A stretch of 63,989 nt of DNA, counting the filler, from Licmophora abbreviata (lineage: Eukaryota), in the NCBI GenBank assembly GCA_900291995.1. It is 24 parts of 24 records of this genome, joined end to end, with 100 filler letters (N's around TTAATTAATTAA, not from the genome) between each part and the next. Parts side by side here need not be neighbours in the genome. Positions count along the whole stretch, not along the records: positions 1 to 1,995 come from OLMU01005867.1; positions 2,096 to 3,216 come from OLMU01005870.1; positions 3,317 to 4,380 come from OLMU01005872.1; positions 4,481 to 7,071 come from OLMU01005873.1; positions 7,172 to 8,778 come from OLMU01005874.1; positions 8,879 to 11,352 come from OLMU01005876.1; positions 11,453 to 14,472 come from OLMU01005877.1; 17 more parts are not named here. The stretch is one strand, 5' to 3'. Positions 1 to 12,003 of the stretch are shown here, piece after piece (within the stretch, counting starts at the first letter, position 1; each line of letters starts with the position of its first letter). The notes below the pieces were generated by a model that saw only the letters and a program-made list of their open reading frames with translations, did not search any database and was not told the origin of the DNA. The translations under genes were made by a program, and so were the position numbers.

Positions 1-118
1 AGCAAGGTTTCTATTGTTAAGTTGATATGTAACATGCGCTATTGCCTACCGGGGCCCGTCGTTTCCCGAGCGTCTAAGCCGTCTAGCTTCCTTGCTCGAC
101 ACCACTGCTCTCTCGCTC

Positions 119-1517
119 TTAAAATGGAATTGCCATGACAATCGACATGACAATCCATCCCGCCATGAACAAGGGCTCGCCAGCGGAGTAGACGATGGGA
201 TTGGGATTGACCGTCTGCATTTCCATCCAATAATCTCCACGCTTGCGATCGCCAAAGACCGTTTTCTGGCCAGCTATAATGAGCATGGCTCCCGGAGCTG
301 CCAACCAAGAAATGCCGCCACTGATGCCGAGTTCCACAGCGAGGGCCACAAACAAGATAACAAAGGGGATGGAGAATTTATTCTTTCCCGCCATGTCACC
401 CTTGTAGAGCGCTGTCTGAATAAATACTCCGGCCACTGAAGCGATGGCGGAAAGGGGCAAAGTCGGCGTGAGTCATACTCAAGCAATCATCAAAGCAAAA
501 CGCTGACGCCAGACATCACTTCTTCTTCTTCTTCTACCACGTACCGATACCCTGGAAGACACAGTTGGCAAGAATGATCCATTGGCGTGGAGTCACATCG
601 TCGATCCCGCCAAATGGTAGCAAGCTTGCAATACCAAAAAGGGTCCATGCAAATAGGAACGGGATCGGAGTCTCCCAGAAACGCCCAAAGTACCGTCCAT
701 CTGTACCGAGCCCCGTGAACTCTGCTCCTTCATCATGAGCATAGTCCAAGAGAAGGACGACAGGTACCATTCCGCAGCCCGCGAGGAAGGCGAACGCTGA
801 GCGCAACGTGAAGTAAATGGGAATGGCCGCATCCTCCGTGTGCACATTTCTGGTCGAGGCCATGCCAACCCAAAAGAGAAACCAGCCAAAGACAAAGAGT
901 GGGCCACCCATATTGTAAACGATAGGATTAGGATTGGGTTTCCCGTCTTGCTCCCAAGTGTCTCCCATCTTTCGGAACTTCCAGAGGATCTTCATGGACG
1001 CGATGATGCTGATGGCTCCCAAGCCGCGAAAGGCCATGAGCAATGGGTCCGTCGTCCCAGAAACAACCGTGAGAAGTAGCCAAGAAGCTACGAAGATCAT
1101 GCTGAACTTTGTCTTTTTGAAAGCATCCCTGAAACGAACAGCTTCTCCCATGGGAACCGATGCGATCCAGCCGATGGTCAAGCAGACGGCGACAGACGCC
1201 ACAGCGTTACTGCTGCTCACGTCCACTTCCCAGGATCCATCGACTGGAAACAGGTACGACACGCCAAAGATGGCCCAGCCAAGGATGAATGGCCATGGAA
1301 AAGGAAAAGCTGCGTTTAGATCTGCCTCGGGAATCGTCACAGTGCTATCTGCTCTACCCCGCGTGAGGGAGGTCTTGGCGCGCTCGTACGCTGCAGAGCC
1401 TTTCTCGTCCCAGATGCGGTCGGAGCGCCAAACGGCAGCAATAATGGCCACTGCACCGATAAGTGAGATGAGGCCACGAGGGCCAAGGAGGATCAGTAGA
1501 TCAGGCTGTGCTGACAT
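119..1517 (-). CDS. Multi-pass membrane protein of unknown function with two-fold internal duplication; exons 1517-545 and 435-119 (about 429 aa)
   Basis: A GT-AG intron at 544-436 joins two hydrophobic ORFs in frame. Duplicated motifs: GDTWEQDGKPNPNPIVYNMGGPLFVFGW and GDYWMEMQTVNPNPIVYSAGEPLFMAGW. Confidence 0.8.
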
Positions 1518-1995
1518 GATGCATCAGATAGGAAAGTGGCATCAAACACCACTGCACGGAACAAATAGATCACTGAGAAGTTCAAAACTGCACGGGAAAG
1601 ATACCACTCTCCGGGTTTTCTCTTCGCAGGACCGGTACCGTTACTCGTGATTCGGTCACTAACGTCTGGTCGGCTCGACCCATTGGTGTATATCTTCGGA
1701 TCATGCCTGTACCTGTAGTCGACCCTGCTCAAAAGGTCTGCTCCTACAGTAGTGTATCATGCATACATTTCACTGCAATACAGTACGTAGCTCTTGGCTG
1801 GAGACTGTAGCGCTTAGACGATTGCACTGGCCTCTGCAGCTCATTTGAAGTGCACGGGAGATTGCGCGAGTGAAAACTAGCCAACAACGTCGGATAGTAG
1901 TACTGACAACGCGCCAACAGCTGCCTCACCACTGACACACAGACTGTGCAGCAGAGCGTCCCTCAAGAAAATGTCGATTAATAGTATGCAATAGG

Positions 1996-2095
1996 NNNNN
2001 NNNNNNNNNNNNNNNNNNNNNNNNNNNNNNNNNNNNNNNTTAATTAATTAANNNNNNNNNNNNNNNNNNNNNNNNNNNNNNNNNNNNNNNNNNNN
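1996..2095. other. Artificial assembly spacer (N44-TTAATTAATTAA-N44), first of 23
   Basis: The same 100-bp spacer, with stops in all frames, also starts at 3217, 4381, 7072, 8779, 11353, 14473, 15696, 17519, 19969, 21566, 23159, 24413, 26213, 30624, 32665, 39562, 43105, 45932, 49059, 58971, 60519 and 62850. Confidence 0.99.
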
Positions 2096-3216
2096 GGGAA
2101 GTGTACCTCTCGTATTTCCGACAACTTCAATTCCGTCAGAGGTGTTTACATTGTCATCGCCATCAAGATCTTGAAGAAAATATCGATCATACAAATCGCT
2201 AACTGCAGTCACAATTCCAGGAACACGGTAGACTTCCTGAAGGAAGAAGGGCGATGAAGGCTCACTGCGAATCGGGAAAGACATTTTTGTGAGTGACATG
2301 TATTGCTACTACCCGACGGTTTCGTTGCTAAGAAGCATTCCGAAGGCAATCACTCACTCTCCCTGAATCTCGTAGATACGGTTGGAGAAGAGAGGATTCC
2401 GCAAGATTCGATTTTCCTCTTCAATATTGCAAAATGCTGTTGGCTGGGGAGTTGGCAGCGGTGTGGGTTGGGGAGTTGGAGCAGGAGACACGGTGGGTGT
2501 CTCACTCGGCATGGAGCTAGGAGATAGGCTAGGAGAAAGGCTAGGAAGAGCGCTAGGGGAAATGCTTGGGAGACTGCTGGGAAGGGCGCTAGGGGAAATA
2601 CTTGGAAGGCTGGTGGGCTCGACACTGGGTGATGTGCTAGGCATAGAACTGGGCAATTTGGAAGGCTGCAGTGAGCAGGGTGTTGTTGGCGCGGTCATGA
2701 TGCGTGAGAAAAGAGAATAATATTAGTAAGCTTGAACGCTTGCACAGTTTGTCGGAGAACGCAACTCTCTCTGGCATCGAAAATACTTACAGTCCCGGAT
2801 GGTTCTACTGAAGGAGCCATCGATGGAATCGTCGAGGGCTGGAATGATTGGATGGAAAAATTTAGTTGATGAGATACGAGCACACTTACAATGGGAGATG
2901 TCACCACGCAGTGCCGCCAGGCTTACCGATGCAGTTAGACGCGGGCCGGGCTTTGGGGTTGGCTTCGGGGTTGGCTTCGGGGTGGGCTTTGGAGTAGGCT
3001 TCGGAGTAGGCTTTGGGGTGGGCTTTGGGGTTGGCTGAGAGGATTAAATGAGACGGCGACAGGGATTCAATACAACGAAAAACGTTTGTCCGCATGATTG
3101 CGGGGCAGTGGCTGGATCGACCGTACCAAAAGCACTAAATTACTTACTTTATGAGTTGGCGCAGACGCTGTGAATCCAGTAGTGTCGTCCCGAGGCCCTG
3201 ATCCCCCATTTTGTAC
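2096..3216 (-). CDS. Partial multi-exon gene: PTPK/PSxxPS mucin-like stalk followed by a YhcR-like OB-fold of the ExeM/NucH extracellular nuclease type
   Basis: Exons about 3216-3148, 3034-2927, 2838-2791, 2665-2358 and 2264-2096, with GT-AG introns. The spliced end reads [56 protein letters not shown]. Confidence 0.65.
2948..3034 (-). repeat. 12-bp coding tandem repeat encoding (PTPK)x7
   Basis: CCN ACN CCN AAG units on the minus strand. Confidence 0.9.
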
Positions 3217-3316
3217 NNNNNNNNNNNNNNNNNNNNNNNNNNNNNNNNNNNNNNNNNNNNTTAATTAATTAANNNNNNNNNNNNNNNNNNNNNNNNNNNN
3301 NNNNNNNNNNNNNNNN

Positions 3317-4199
3317 CATAGCCACTGAATCCACAGAGACTCGCGAGAATGACGCAGAATGTCAACGCAGCCTTTGTAGAAGTCGCCCATCGCACTTTGG
3401 TTGGACGGTCGAGAGACCCGGCGATAATAAAGGCCGAGTGCTGACATACAAACGCAAAGCTCAAGACTCCCACCCCGACAAAGACGGTATCCAAATGAAG
3501 TGTCGAATGCCGCAGCATATCCGCGAGTCCCTCTTCTTGCACATTCTCAATCCACGGCGACGCGTATACAACCAATAGTACCATCAGCAGGTCGAAGACG
3601 ACGCTCACTCGAGAGGTCTTGGCCAGGTCCGCCATGTCTCGCTGCGACGAGAGCGGCACCATGATGCAGAGCGAGACCAAGAAGAGTATTCCTCTCTTGC
3701 GCGGCAAATCGGTAATGCCCAGGAGTAGCGGCAAGGTATCCTTGACAATCATCAAGTACGATGTCATCGCACCGAAGGCCATAACAAACATGGACAAACT
3801 TACAAAGAAGAAACCGAATCGTCCAAAGCACGCTTCGACCAGGGTTTCATACGACGGGGCATCAACATGCTTGGCCGTTTCTATTAGCAAGCGTAAACTC
3901 TTTTCCGTCAGAAACGCGACAAAGATCACCAGTAACACGCCACAGACCAGTCCACTCTGCTGCATGGCGTAGGGGATTCCGACAATGCCGCTTCCAACAA
4001 TGGCATTGATTAGATTGGCAGAAGTACCGAGCAGGGAAGACTTGTGTTCGTGCACTGTCTGTTTGACGCGGGCGGTGTGATGGGTGCCACCGGGTGTACT
4101 AGTCGTAATCGTAGCCAATGGAGTGCCAGGCTGGAAAAAGGGGGAACTCGATGGCTCCTTTTTCTTAGAAGTAGACGTTATGCTAGAAGAGGAAGACAT
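3317..4199 (-). CDS. Amino-acid transporter, Aa_trans family (SLC38A11-like), 3' end lost in gap
   Basis: NLINAIVGSGIVGIPYAMQQSG and FAFVCQH motifs, plus multiple TM segments. Confidence 0.9.
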
Positions 4200-5178
4200 G
4201 GCCGCAAGGGAAACTGTTCTTCTGATGTTCTACAATCGAGGGCTGTCTAGAGAGAGAAGGCTGTTCACTGATTGCTGGACCGACGAGCCGCTGCAGTCAC
4301 GTCGTCACTACTATTTCTGCACAGGCGAACCAAGAACTCAAAAAACTGCCAAATTCGAAACTGAATTTGACTTTTTCACTNNNNNNNNNNNNNNNNNNNN
4401 NNNNNNNNNNNNNNNNNNNNNNNNTTAATTAATTAANNNNNNNNNNNNNNNNNNNNNNNNNNNNNNNNNNNNNNNNNNNNATGATGTTTGCAATGTTGTC
4501 GTCAACTGCTTTTGATTTTGCAATTTTGTGCGTGCGGCGTGTGTGCTTGCGGCATGCATCCGCGTTCCGCGTCACAGTAACAGTGAGCATACTCATAGTC
4601 TAATAACAACATTCCAAATTCCCTCGTTTGGTTGTCCGGTCACACCTCGTCGTACTATAGTCTACATCACGTTCGATATTATTTGTAGTCAGAGACTGCC
4701 GGATAGGATAGACTGCATCATCATCGTACAATCGAACAATGGGAACCGCCAAATAAAAGCATAGGGAAAACGCCCCCTTGCCTATACAAGAAGTTAGGTA
4801 AGAAGATCACTTGAGGCGCGAAGCAAGCGGCCGGCCATATCGTTGTAGTATTGTACTCGCTCGCAATAGGTAAATCAAGAGTAAGAGGGCGTGGTGGTTG
4901 CTTTGTCTACCCCCAGTATATTGTATGGACTTCAGCAACCTCCTCTGTTCTACAGAAGTTCTGTAGTCTACCAACGTGAAGTTATAGTAGTAGTACCTGT
5001 ATCGGGAACTATAACTTACTAGCAAACAAGAGTAGCAAAAAGAAACTGCATCGTGCACGTAACGAAAGAATGGTAGTCCAATAGCTGGCTTAGTATCTCT
5101 TGTGTCTGCACTACGAAACGATGCCTTTTCTGTTTGATCATCATCACCACCAATCTACTACCGTACACACAAGTCTCT

Positions 5179-6029
5179 CTAGAACAGGGCATCTCCGGTG
5201 ACCCAGTTGTGATGAATCATTCCTCCAATGGCCAACATGGCCAAACGACCATTCTTGAGTTCCTTGTATTCCAAAAGTTCAATCTCTTCCTTGGACTTTC
5301 CCTTACAGAATCCAAGTGGATCAAATCCAAAGTTACCAGGGACACGGTCACTGTCACTAAACATGTCTTCCGTCGTGACCATTCCCTTGTTCATCCACCA
5401 CTCCAAGAGACCCACGCCAAAGACAATTTGATACATGGGCGAGGCACCGACACTGGTGGGGCCAAGGTTGCTGTCATCGACGTGTTCGTAGCCTGGGATG
5501 GTAATGAACTGCTGCGTGACGAATCCGAGGGTGGCGAGCATGCTGACACGGCAGTGTTTGAGTTCGGACTCGCGCAGCCACTTCATGTCGAAATTGTCCG
5601 AGAAACCAAGGGGGTCGAAGCCAACGTCGCCGACCCAGCCGGACAGGTTCGAGGGTTCGGTCAAGAAGGGGATCGACTTGGACATGGCCGAGAGAGAAGT
5701 CGCAGAGGTGGGCTGAATAATTTATGTGTGTGTAAGTTTGAGGGCAGCGAGGGTGGGGAAAAGAGCGAGTCAAGTAAGTACATGGTGCAATGGAGTAGTG
5801 TGGGGGGGAAAAGAGTGTTTGTTGCCGGGACAAAGACGACAAGTCACTACACGATACTACACTCTCGACTTGTGGTTTGCCACTACTTTCGAATGTCTTG
5901 CTTGGTTCCTCTCAATACTGTATGATAGAATAACTCAGACTCTCTACTCAAACGCACCTTGTTTGCCGGAACAAAGGCCGAAGCAGAGCCGACCAGGGCA
6001 GCCAGAAGAGAAGCAGAGAGTTTCACCAT
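5179..6029 (-). CDS. Lhcr: Fucoxanthin-chlorophyll a/c light-harvesting protein, Lhcr-type; exons 6029-5958 and 5712-5179
   Basis: Signal peptide with ASAFVP; GDVGFDPLGFS, WLRESELKHCRVSMLA and ELKNGRLAMLA motifs; intron 5957-5713. Confidence 0.93.
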
Positions 6030-6517
6030 GGTAAATTTTACAAGCAAGGTATGTACGAAGCAGGGGAGACTAGCGGTGTCTTTCAACAACGAGGATAAGA
6101 AGATCGACACGACGCAACAAACACACGCACACACACACCCGCCCGAGAGGAGGCAAATCTTGTTTCTTCTACTAGATCCGCAGATCCCCTCGTAGCGTGC
6201 GTAGAAATCCTACCAAGCAAGTTGAAGCCAAAAGATCGCGAGTGTGACGTGTAAGGGGAATGTGGAATTTCAAGAATTGTGGATATATAGAGGAATCTGG
6301 AATCTTTTCGGAAACAGTGACGCACGTCGGCGGAGCCGCACGATATCGATTCGCATCTTGAATTTGGACGACGACGACAACGTTAGACTACATGTATACC
6401 GGTAGATCTACTGTTCCTGTCGTTGCATCAAGATCACTCCTCAACGGTACTAGTGGTGGTGGTGCGAGAACGAGTTTTTATAGAGAGAGCGAGAACTGCT
6501 AGTAGAGCAGAGTCATC

Positions 6518-6948
6518 ATGTGGACCCGTGGATTCGCAGCACGCCACGGACGCACCGTCGGAGCTGCGGCAGTAGCCAGTGTGGTACGTCTCTCTTAGTT
6601 TGTAGGATGGTTTTCTTGTTTTGTATCCTACGTGCACATGGTTCGTCAGAGTTTGGTACTCACTCGAAGAACGTGGAGCAGGCTCTGTTTTGTACCATCG
6701 TCATGTATATTGCTTGTACACACCCCTAAACTACTGTTTTGAATTTTGAAACTTTTTTCTACTTCCTACAACAGGGTACCGCCGTCGTTCTTTCGACAAA
6801 AGAGGAACGAGACTCGGCTTGGTTGCTTTCCTCCCTTCAACATGCTAGTAGCATTACTGCACGACAGCTAGGAGTACAGACGAGTTCGTGCGAGACGGCT
6901 CCTTCGCAGCCGACGGTCCTGGGACTCTTGCAAAACATCTCGCAAAAG
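6518..6948 (+). CDS. Two 5' exons (6518-6583, 6775-6948), probably the N-terminal extension of adenylosuccinate synthetase
   Basis: MWTRGFAARHGRTVGAAAVASV|GTAVVLSTKEE...TSSCETAP...LLQNISQK|, with canonical phase-0 GTACGT..CAG and GTGAGT splice sites. Same strand as, and directly upstream of, the purA segment. Confidence 0.55.
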
Positions 6949-7171
6949 GTGAGTAGTATGTACAGCATGTCTACTACTACTATGGTACTGTAGTACAAAT
7001 GCGTCGTAAGAAAAGGAAGCGTGTGTGTCTGGATGGCATGGAATCTCTCCAGAAACTGAAACCTCATCGTTNNNNNNNNNNNNNNNNNNNNNNNNNNNNN
7101 NNNNNNNNNNNNNNNTTAATTAATTAANNNNNNNNNNNNNNNNNNNNNNNNNNNNNNNNNNNNNNNNNNNN

Positions 7172-8547
7172 GATATGCTCAGTCAGGTACGCAGAAGCAT
7201 GCAATACCAAGTAGTGTGTGTATTGCGCATGTTATTATTGTCATCATAACACCATGGTCATCCTCACCCATACTATCCACCATTCAAATACAAACGTTCA
7301 TGTTTTAGGAATACGATGTGTGTGCTCGTGTCGCCGGAGGCAGCAATGCAGGCCATACCATTGTTGTGGAAGGCAAAAAGTACAAGTTTCACCTCCTTCC
7401 GTCCGGTATACTGAACGAACAAGCCACCTGCGTCATTGGCAATGGCGTGGTCGTGCATCTACCCTCCTTTATGAATGAACTCGACAGTCTGCGCAAGTCG
7501 GGAATCGAGTATGAGGGCCGTGTGCTCCTTTCGGATCGTGCCCATTTGGTCTTTGATTTTCATCAACAAGTCGATGGCAAGCAGGAAGAAAAGTTGGGGC
7601 GTCACAAGATTGGAACGACCAAAAAGGGGATCGGTCCGGCCTATGCCAGTAAGATATCGAGAAACGGCGTGCGCGTGGGCGACTTGCTGGATTGGCCGAC
7701 CTTTGAACGGCGCTTTCGGGAATTGTGCGATGCGCACATGCGGAGTTATGCTGGATTGGAAATTGATGTGGACGAGCAGTTGGAGTATTACAAGAGTATT
7801 GCCAAGCGTGTCGAGAGTATGACTGTCGATACGATTGAATATACGAACGCACAATACAAGGCGGGGAAGCGGATTCTGGTGGAGGGAGCGAACGCGACCA
7901 TGTTGGACATTGACTTTGGCACGTATCCGTATGTGACTTCGTCCAATCCGTCGGTGGGGTCCGTCTTGACGGGATTGGGAGTGAGTCCACGCAAGTTGCG
8001 TGGGATCTATGGAACTGTCAAGGGCTACTGTACGCGTGTTGGAGAAGGCCCGTTTCCTACCGAGCTTCCCATGGACGAAGGGAGTGTGGGACTGCATCTG
8101 TCGCAAGTAGGAGCCGAGTATGGGACGACGACGGGTCGGTCACGTCGGTGTGGATGGTTGGATATTCCGCAAATGCAGTACTCGGCATTGATTAACGGAT
8201 TCACGTCGATCAATCTGACTAAAGTAGACGTGTTGACAGGCTTGTCGGAAGTCAAGATCGGCAAGGCTTACAAGTACAATGGAGAGTACTTGAAAGGCAT
8301 GCCGGCGTCATTGAGCGTGCTGAGCGGCGTGGAAGTGGAATGGGAGACGATGGAGGGATGGACCGAGGATATTTCCTCGGTCAAGACGTTTGAAGAGTTG
8401 CCGCTGAATTGTCAAAAGTACATTCTACGTGTCCAAGAGTTGGTGGGTGTTCCGATTCGGTGGATCGGTGTTGGGCCGAATCGACTGGATGTGATTGATC
8501 GAGGTGATGCGTGGGATCTAGCCAATATGGACAGAGGCGACAAGTAG
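7172..8547 (+). CDS. purA: Adenylosuccinate synthetase (GDEGKG motif falls in the gap); intron 7187-7308
   Basis: DMLSQ|EYDVCARVAGGSNAGHT, IGTTKKGIGPAY, EGANATMLDIDFGTYPYVTSS and EYGTTTGRSRRCGWLD motifs. Confidence 0.97.
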
Positions 8548-8878
8548 GAGTAGGTGTCGAACTACTAAGATACTAGTAGCGTAGTAGTGGTGACATGGCA
8601 CAGGGAGGTGCGATTGGGCAGTCGACACAGGCCGTTTCAGTAGCTCGCTAGAAGGTACTATGAAATTGGGTATTGGTGCTAAGTCGTGTCCTTTGGAGAC
8701 AGAGGAGAAAGTCGTCGATTGATTTTGTTCATCCTCCTGCTAGTGCGGGGGAGGTCGTCCCTAGCTTAGTCTAGTGGTNNNNNNNNNNNNNNNNNNNNNN
8801 NNNNNNNNNNNNNNNNNNNNNNTTAATTAATTAANNNNNNNNNNNNNNNNNNNNNNNNNNNNNNNNNNNNNNNNNNNN

Positions 8879-8958
8879 GTTGATGCTGCCGCTGAGGAAA
8901 GCGAGGCTACTAACAGCACTGCGAGGGCCTTTTTACAATAAAGCGAACGCATTTTCAT
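8879..8958 (-). CDS. 5' fragment of a gene with a signal peptide; the rest is in the gap
   Basis: MKMRSLYCKKALAVLLVASLSSAAAS runs into the spacer. Confidence 0.45.
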
Positions 8959-9669
8959 GAATCAAACAATAAACAAGAACACTTGGGAGACAGCGTTGAT
9001 TGTGTGGCAACCGAGGAGCGCCATGATGAAACTTTCAAAAGGTGTCAGGAGCAACGGTCCGGAGTTTCATTCAAAGCTTGGATGGCGTCCGAGTTTGAAT
9101 TAGTCAACGAATGAGCGCCCGTCGCGAAAGTAGTATTCCAAATGTATTCGAATTCTGATATAATCATGTTCAAAAGGAACGTATTTCATTGAGTCCCATG
9201 CAAATTGAAACACGACTCGCTTCATATCAAAATGTCCATATCGATATCATACGCAAAAAAGGTTATCGGTAGCTTGGCCCATGCCACTTGTAGTCTACTT
9301 ACTACCGGTATATGCAGTGCTTGACCTTACCAGTTCCGGTAAGGCTACGGTTATAGCTCAGTCCATGCAACTCGAAAGAGCGCGACCCGGATCTTCAACT
9401 CATTGTTCGCATACCCAACAGGCGTGTAACTCAGTAGCGGTAGAGTTGATCTTATTTTGTGATAGAAGCGTGCGTCGATGGCTCGATCGTGCGATAACGG
9501 CATGACAGGTGCAATACTGTGAAACGAAATGATCTTTACTAAAAATAATTTCTAAATCTCTATTTGGACTTTCTACGTATAATATGAGGTTGTGCTCACG
9601 GTCATAAAGCACTCGTTTGATGCTGTTTTTCCCCTTTGAAGCAAGAACGCTCGATATCGGCGATCCCTT

Positions 9670-11352
9670 TCACTTGGTCCCCAGCAGTAGGCGCCGTTCA
9701 ATGGCACACACTTGCTTTTCGTCCCAAGTAGCATATCTCGGCTGCCTTGGGTTCGTCGTCGCAGCAGTCGAGACCAGCCTAGCAGTAGTAGTAGTAGTAG
9801 TCAGCTGCTGTTGGCGCCTCCACGAGTCCAGCACGAACCACAAGTGCAACGCCGCATTGTGCTGCGCCGTCTCGTGTAGCTTGCGTCCCGCCGTCGTGCT
9901 TTCCTTGGAAGGAAGCGGCACAATGGTTGCCACGTTCGCTCCGTTTGTCTGCAAGATGACGCGGTAGCCTTCACCCTTGTTGTGATACTCGACGTACACC
10001 GACACGCTAGAAAGCGAGCAGGGTGGCGCCCAAGTTGTTGCCGTCTTTGTGCCGTTCTTCGTGTTCTTGTCCACCAAGAAAATAACAGGTGACGACTCGG
10101 TGATGGTCAAGTAGACTCGACGGATCGGTGATCCCTTGGCGTTGTCTCCAAACAGCACCCAGCCTTCCAACAAAACAACAGGATCTTGTTCACTCACCAT
10201 GCAGCTCGGTTCCGTATCCTTTTCCCAATACAGTGCGCCGCCAGTCAAGGAGGAAGCCAACGATGACGTTGGACTGTATTCGAGAAGTATGTCCGACTTG
10301 AGCGTGCTGGTGGACATGGTCTCCGACGGCATTGATACATGGGCAGTTCCGTCCTTCTTCATGTTGACCCACTGCTGCATCCATTGCGACGACGACGACG
10401 ATTGTGCATGTTCGGAAGGTGAGATAGGCGGTGGTGGAGGAGGAGAAGGAAGACTCTGGTAAAAATCATCCTCTCGTTTCGTGACTACATCTTGAACGCA
10501 ATCGTCGTTTTGCACTGAAACCAGAGCAGACACTTCCTCCTTGCCGTTGCACGTCGTCTCGTCGTTGTTGTTGTTGTTGTTATTCGTGATGTCTTGTGGT
10601 TGTTTCCCCGTAGCACCTTGTTTCTTCGTGTTGCCATTATTATAAATTCGCTTGACACTCTGAGGAGAGACACTGACGTTCGATCGTCTATGACGACTGC
10701 TGCACGTGGTGGTCGAAGAAAACGTATTGGTACGGTCGTTCCTTGTAATGGCAGGAGTCTTGTCTGTTGTCGTTGTTGTTGTTGGAGTAGTACTACGTCC
10801 TGGACGAGGCGGGCGAAAGGGAAGTAATGATGAAGCACGGGATGCCATGGGAGGTTTCAGTGGTGATTGTTGTAGAGGATGCTTGGAGAGTGAAGGAGCA
10901 TGTGGTTGTTCTTGTTCCTCATCATCGCTCGCAAACTCTTCTTCGTCTTCCGATTCCGTCAAGACGGTCTCAAAGGAAAGAAGTCGATCGCTCCTGTGCA
11001 ACTGAGTGGGCTTGACTAGGTTGTCTCCAGTACTCGCAGTATCGCGAGGTGGTGGGATGTAAATGACATTCATAGGACAGCCCTCCAATGAATCAATCGT
11101 TTGTAGCAAACAAGCAGCAGAAGCTCCAGAAGACTGTCGTTGTTGGGCAAGAGAGGATGCACACGAGTCCTTGGTGATTCTGAAGTTATCCTGCAGTCTT
11201 GTTGTTGTCTTGGATGGTGCAAGGTCGTTCTCGGTGGGATCGGAAGCAAGAATCACCCCATTTCTGCTATGTTCCCAGTCATTATCCGAAGATTCCGTGA
11301 GGAGCAGGAGAGAGTTGGTACTGCGGCTCCTGCTACTGTGTTCGTCGTCGTC
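9670..11352 (-). CDS. Low-complexity S/T/P-rich hypothetical protein with a possible C-terminal PH-like domain; 5' end in gap
   Basis: Open frame of more than 528 codons. The C-terminal VLLEGWVLF...RRVYLTI...AALHLWFVLDSW segment resembles a PH fold. Confidence 0.65.
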   Translation of the reverse strand, partial: DDDEHSSRSRSTNSLLLLTESSDNDWEHSRNGVILASDPTENDLAPSKTTTRLQDNFRITKDSCASSLAQQRQSSGASAACLLQTIDSLEGCPMNVIYIPPPRDTASTGDNLVKPTQLHRSDRLLSFETVLTESEDEEEFASDDEEQEQPHAPSLSKHPLQQSPLKPPMASRASSLLPFRPPRPGRSTTPTTTTTTDKTPAITRNDRTNTFSSTTTCSSRHRRSNVSVSPQSVKRIYNNGNTKKQGATGKQPQDITNNNNNNNDETTCNGKEEVSALVSVQNDDCVQDVVTKREDDFYQSLPSPPPPPPISPSEHAQSSSSSQWMQQWVNMKKDGTAHVSMPSETMSTSTLKSDILLEYSPTSSLASSLTGGALYWEKDTEPSCMVSEQDPVVLLEGWVLFGDNAKGSPIRRVYLTITESSPVIFLVDKNTKNGTKTATTWAPPCSLSSVSVYVEYHNKGEGYRVILQTNGANVATIVPLPSKESTTAGRKLHETAQHNAALHLWFVLDSWRRQQQLTTTTTTARLVSTAATTNPRQPRYATWDEKQVCAIERRLLLGTK

Positions 11353-12003
11353 NNNNNNNNNNNNNNNNNNNNNNNNNNNNNNNNNNNNNNNNNNNNTTAA
11401 TTAATTAANNNNNNNNNNNNNNNNNNNNNNNNNNNNNNNNNNNNNNNNNNNNCCCAAAGCGATTGTTGAACTCGTGTTGGACATGAAACATAGAAAAACA
11501 GGGGATTCGATTCAAGTGGTGGGCGTCACGTGCAGCAGCAGAGCATGTCAGGGTCGATGCATCCGAGAGAAACGTGATGGCAGTCAGTCCCGAGTCGAGT
11601 CAGTCTTCAGCGGAGTCACGCCAACAAATCGACCGCTGGGAATTTTGACTGGAATCCATCGAAACGAGCGATGTGTCGCCGAAATTTTGTTTGTACGAAT
11701 GAACTGTGTGTGACCTGATGAGGAAATATATGTGTGTATTACATACCCTAGAAATGTGCCACGGTCGTTTCGATGGGTCCTTCTGCGAGAGCGGCAGCCA
11801 CAGCTAAGTCGGTTGCAAACTACCTGTACAGAGCATGGCGCTCCTCCTAGAGAGAGCGTCGATATGCGCGCTAAGCACGTTTACTCTCGCGTAGATACGT
11901 TAGCAAGTTAAGGTAGCGTAGCTAGCCACACAAGAAAAGGAAGTTGATCCTCGAATCGCAACAGCTATTGGTTGATATGTTGTCCTTCCTCCAGGTCGCT
12001 CGC

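Noticed and set aside
2040..2051. TTAATTAATTAA recurring 23 times, and ORFs ending in XXXX-LIN
   Set aside because: An artificial all-frame-stop linker inside N runs; not a biological repeat or CRISPR array.
2799..3038. (GFGV)n ORF on the plus strand
   Set aside because: Antisense of the PTPK exon, which has proper minus-strand splice sites.
5134..5925. 263-aa plus-strand ORF
   Set aside because: Antisense to the Lhcr coding exon.
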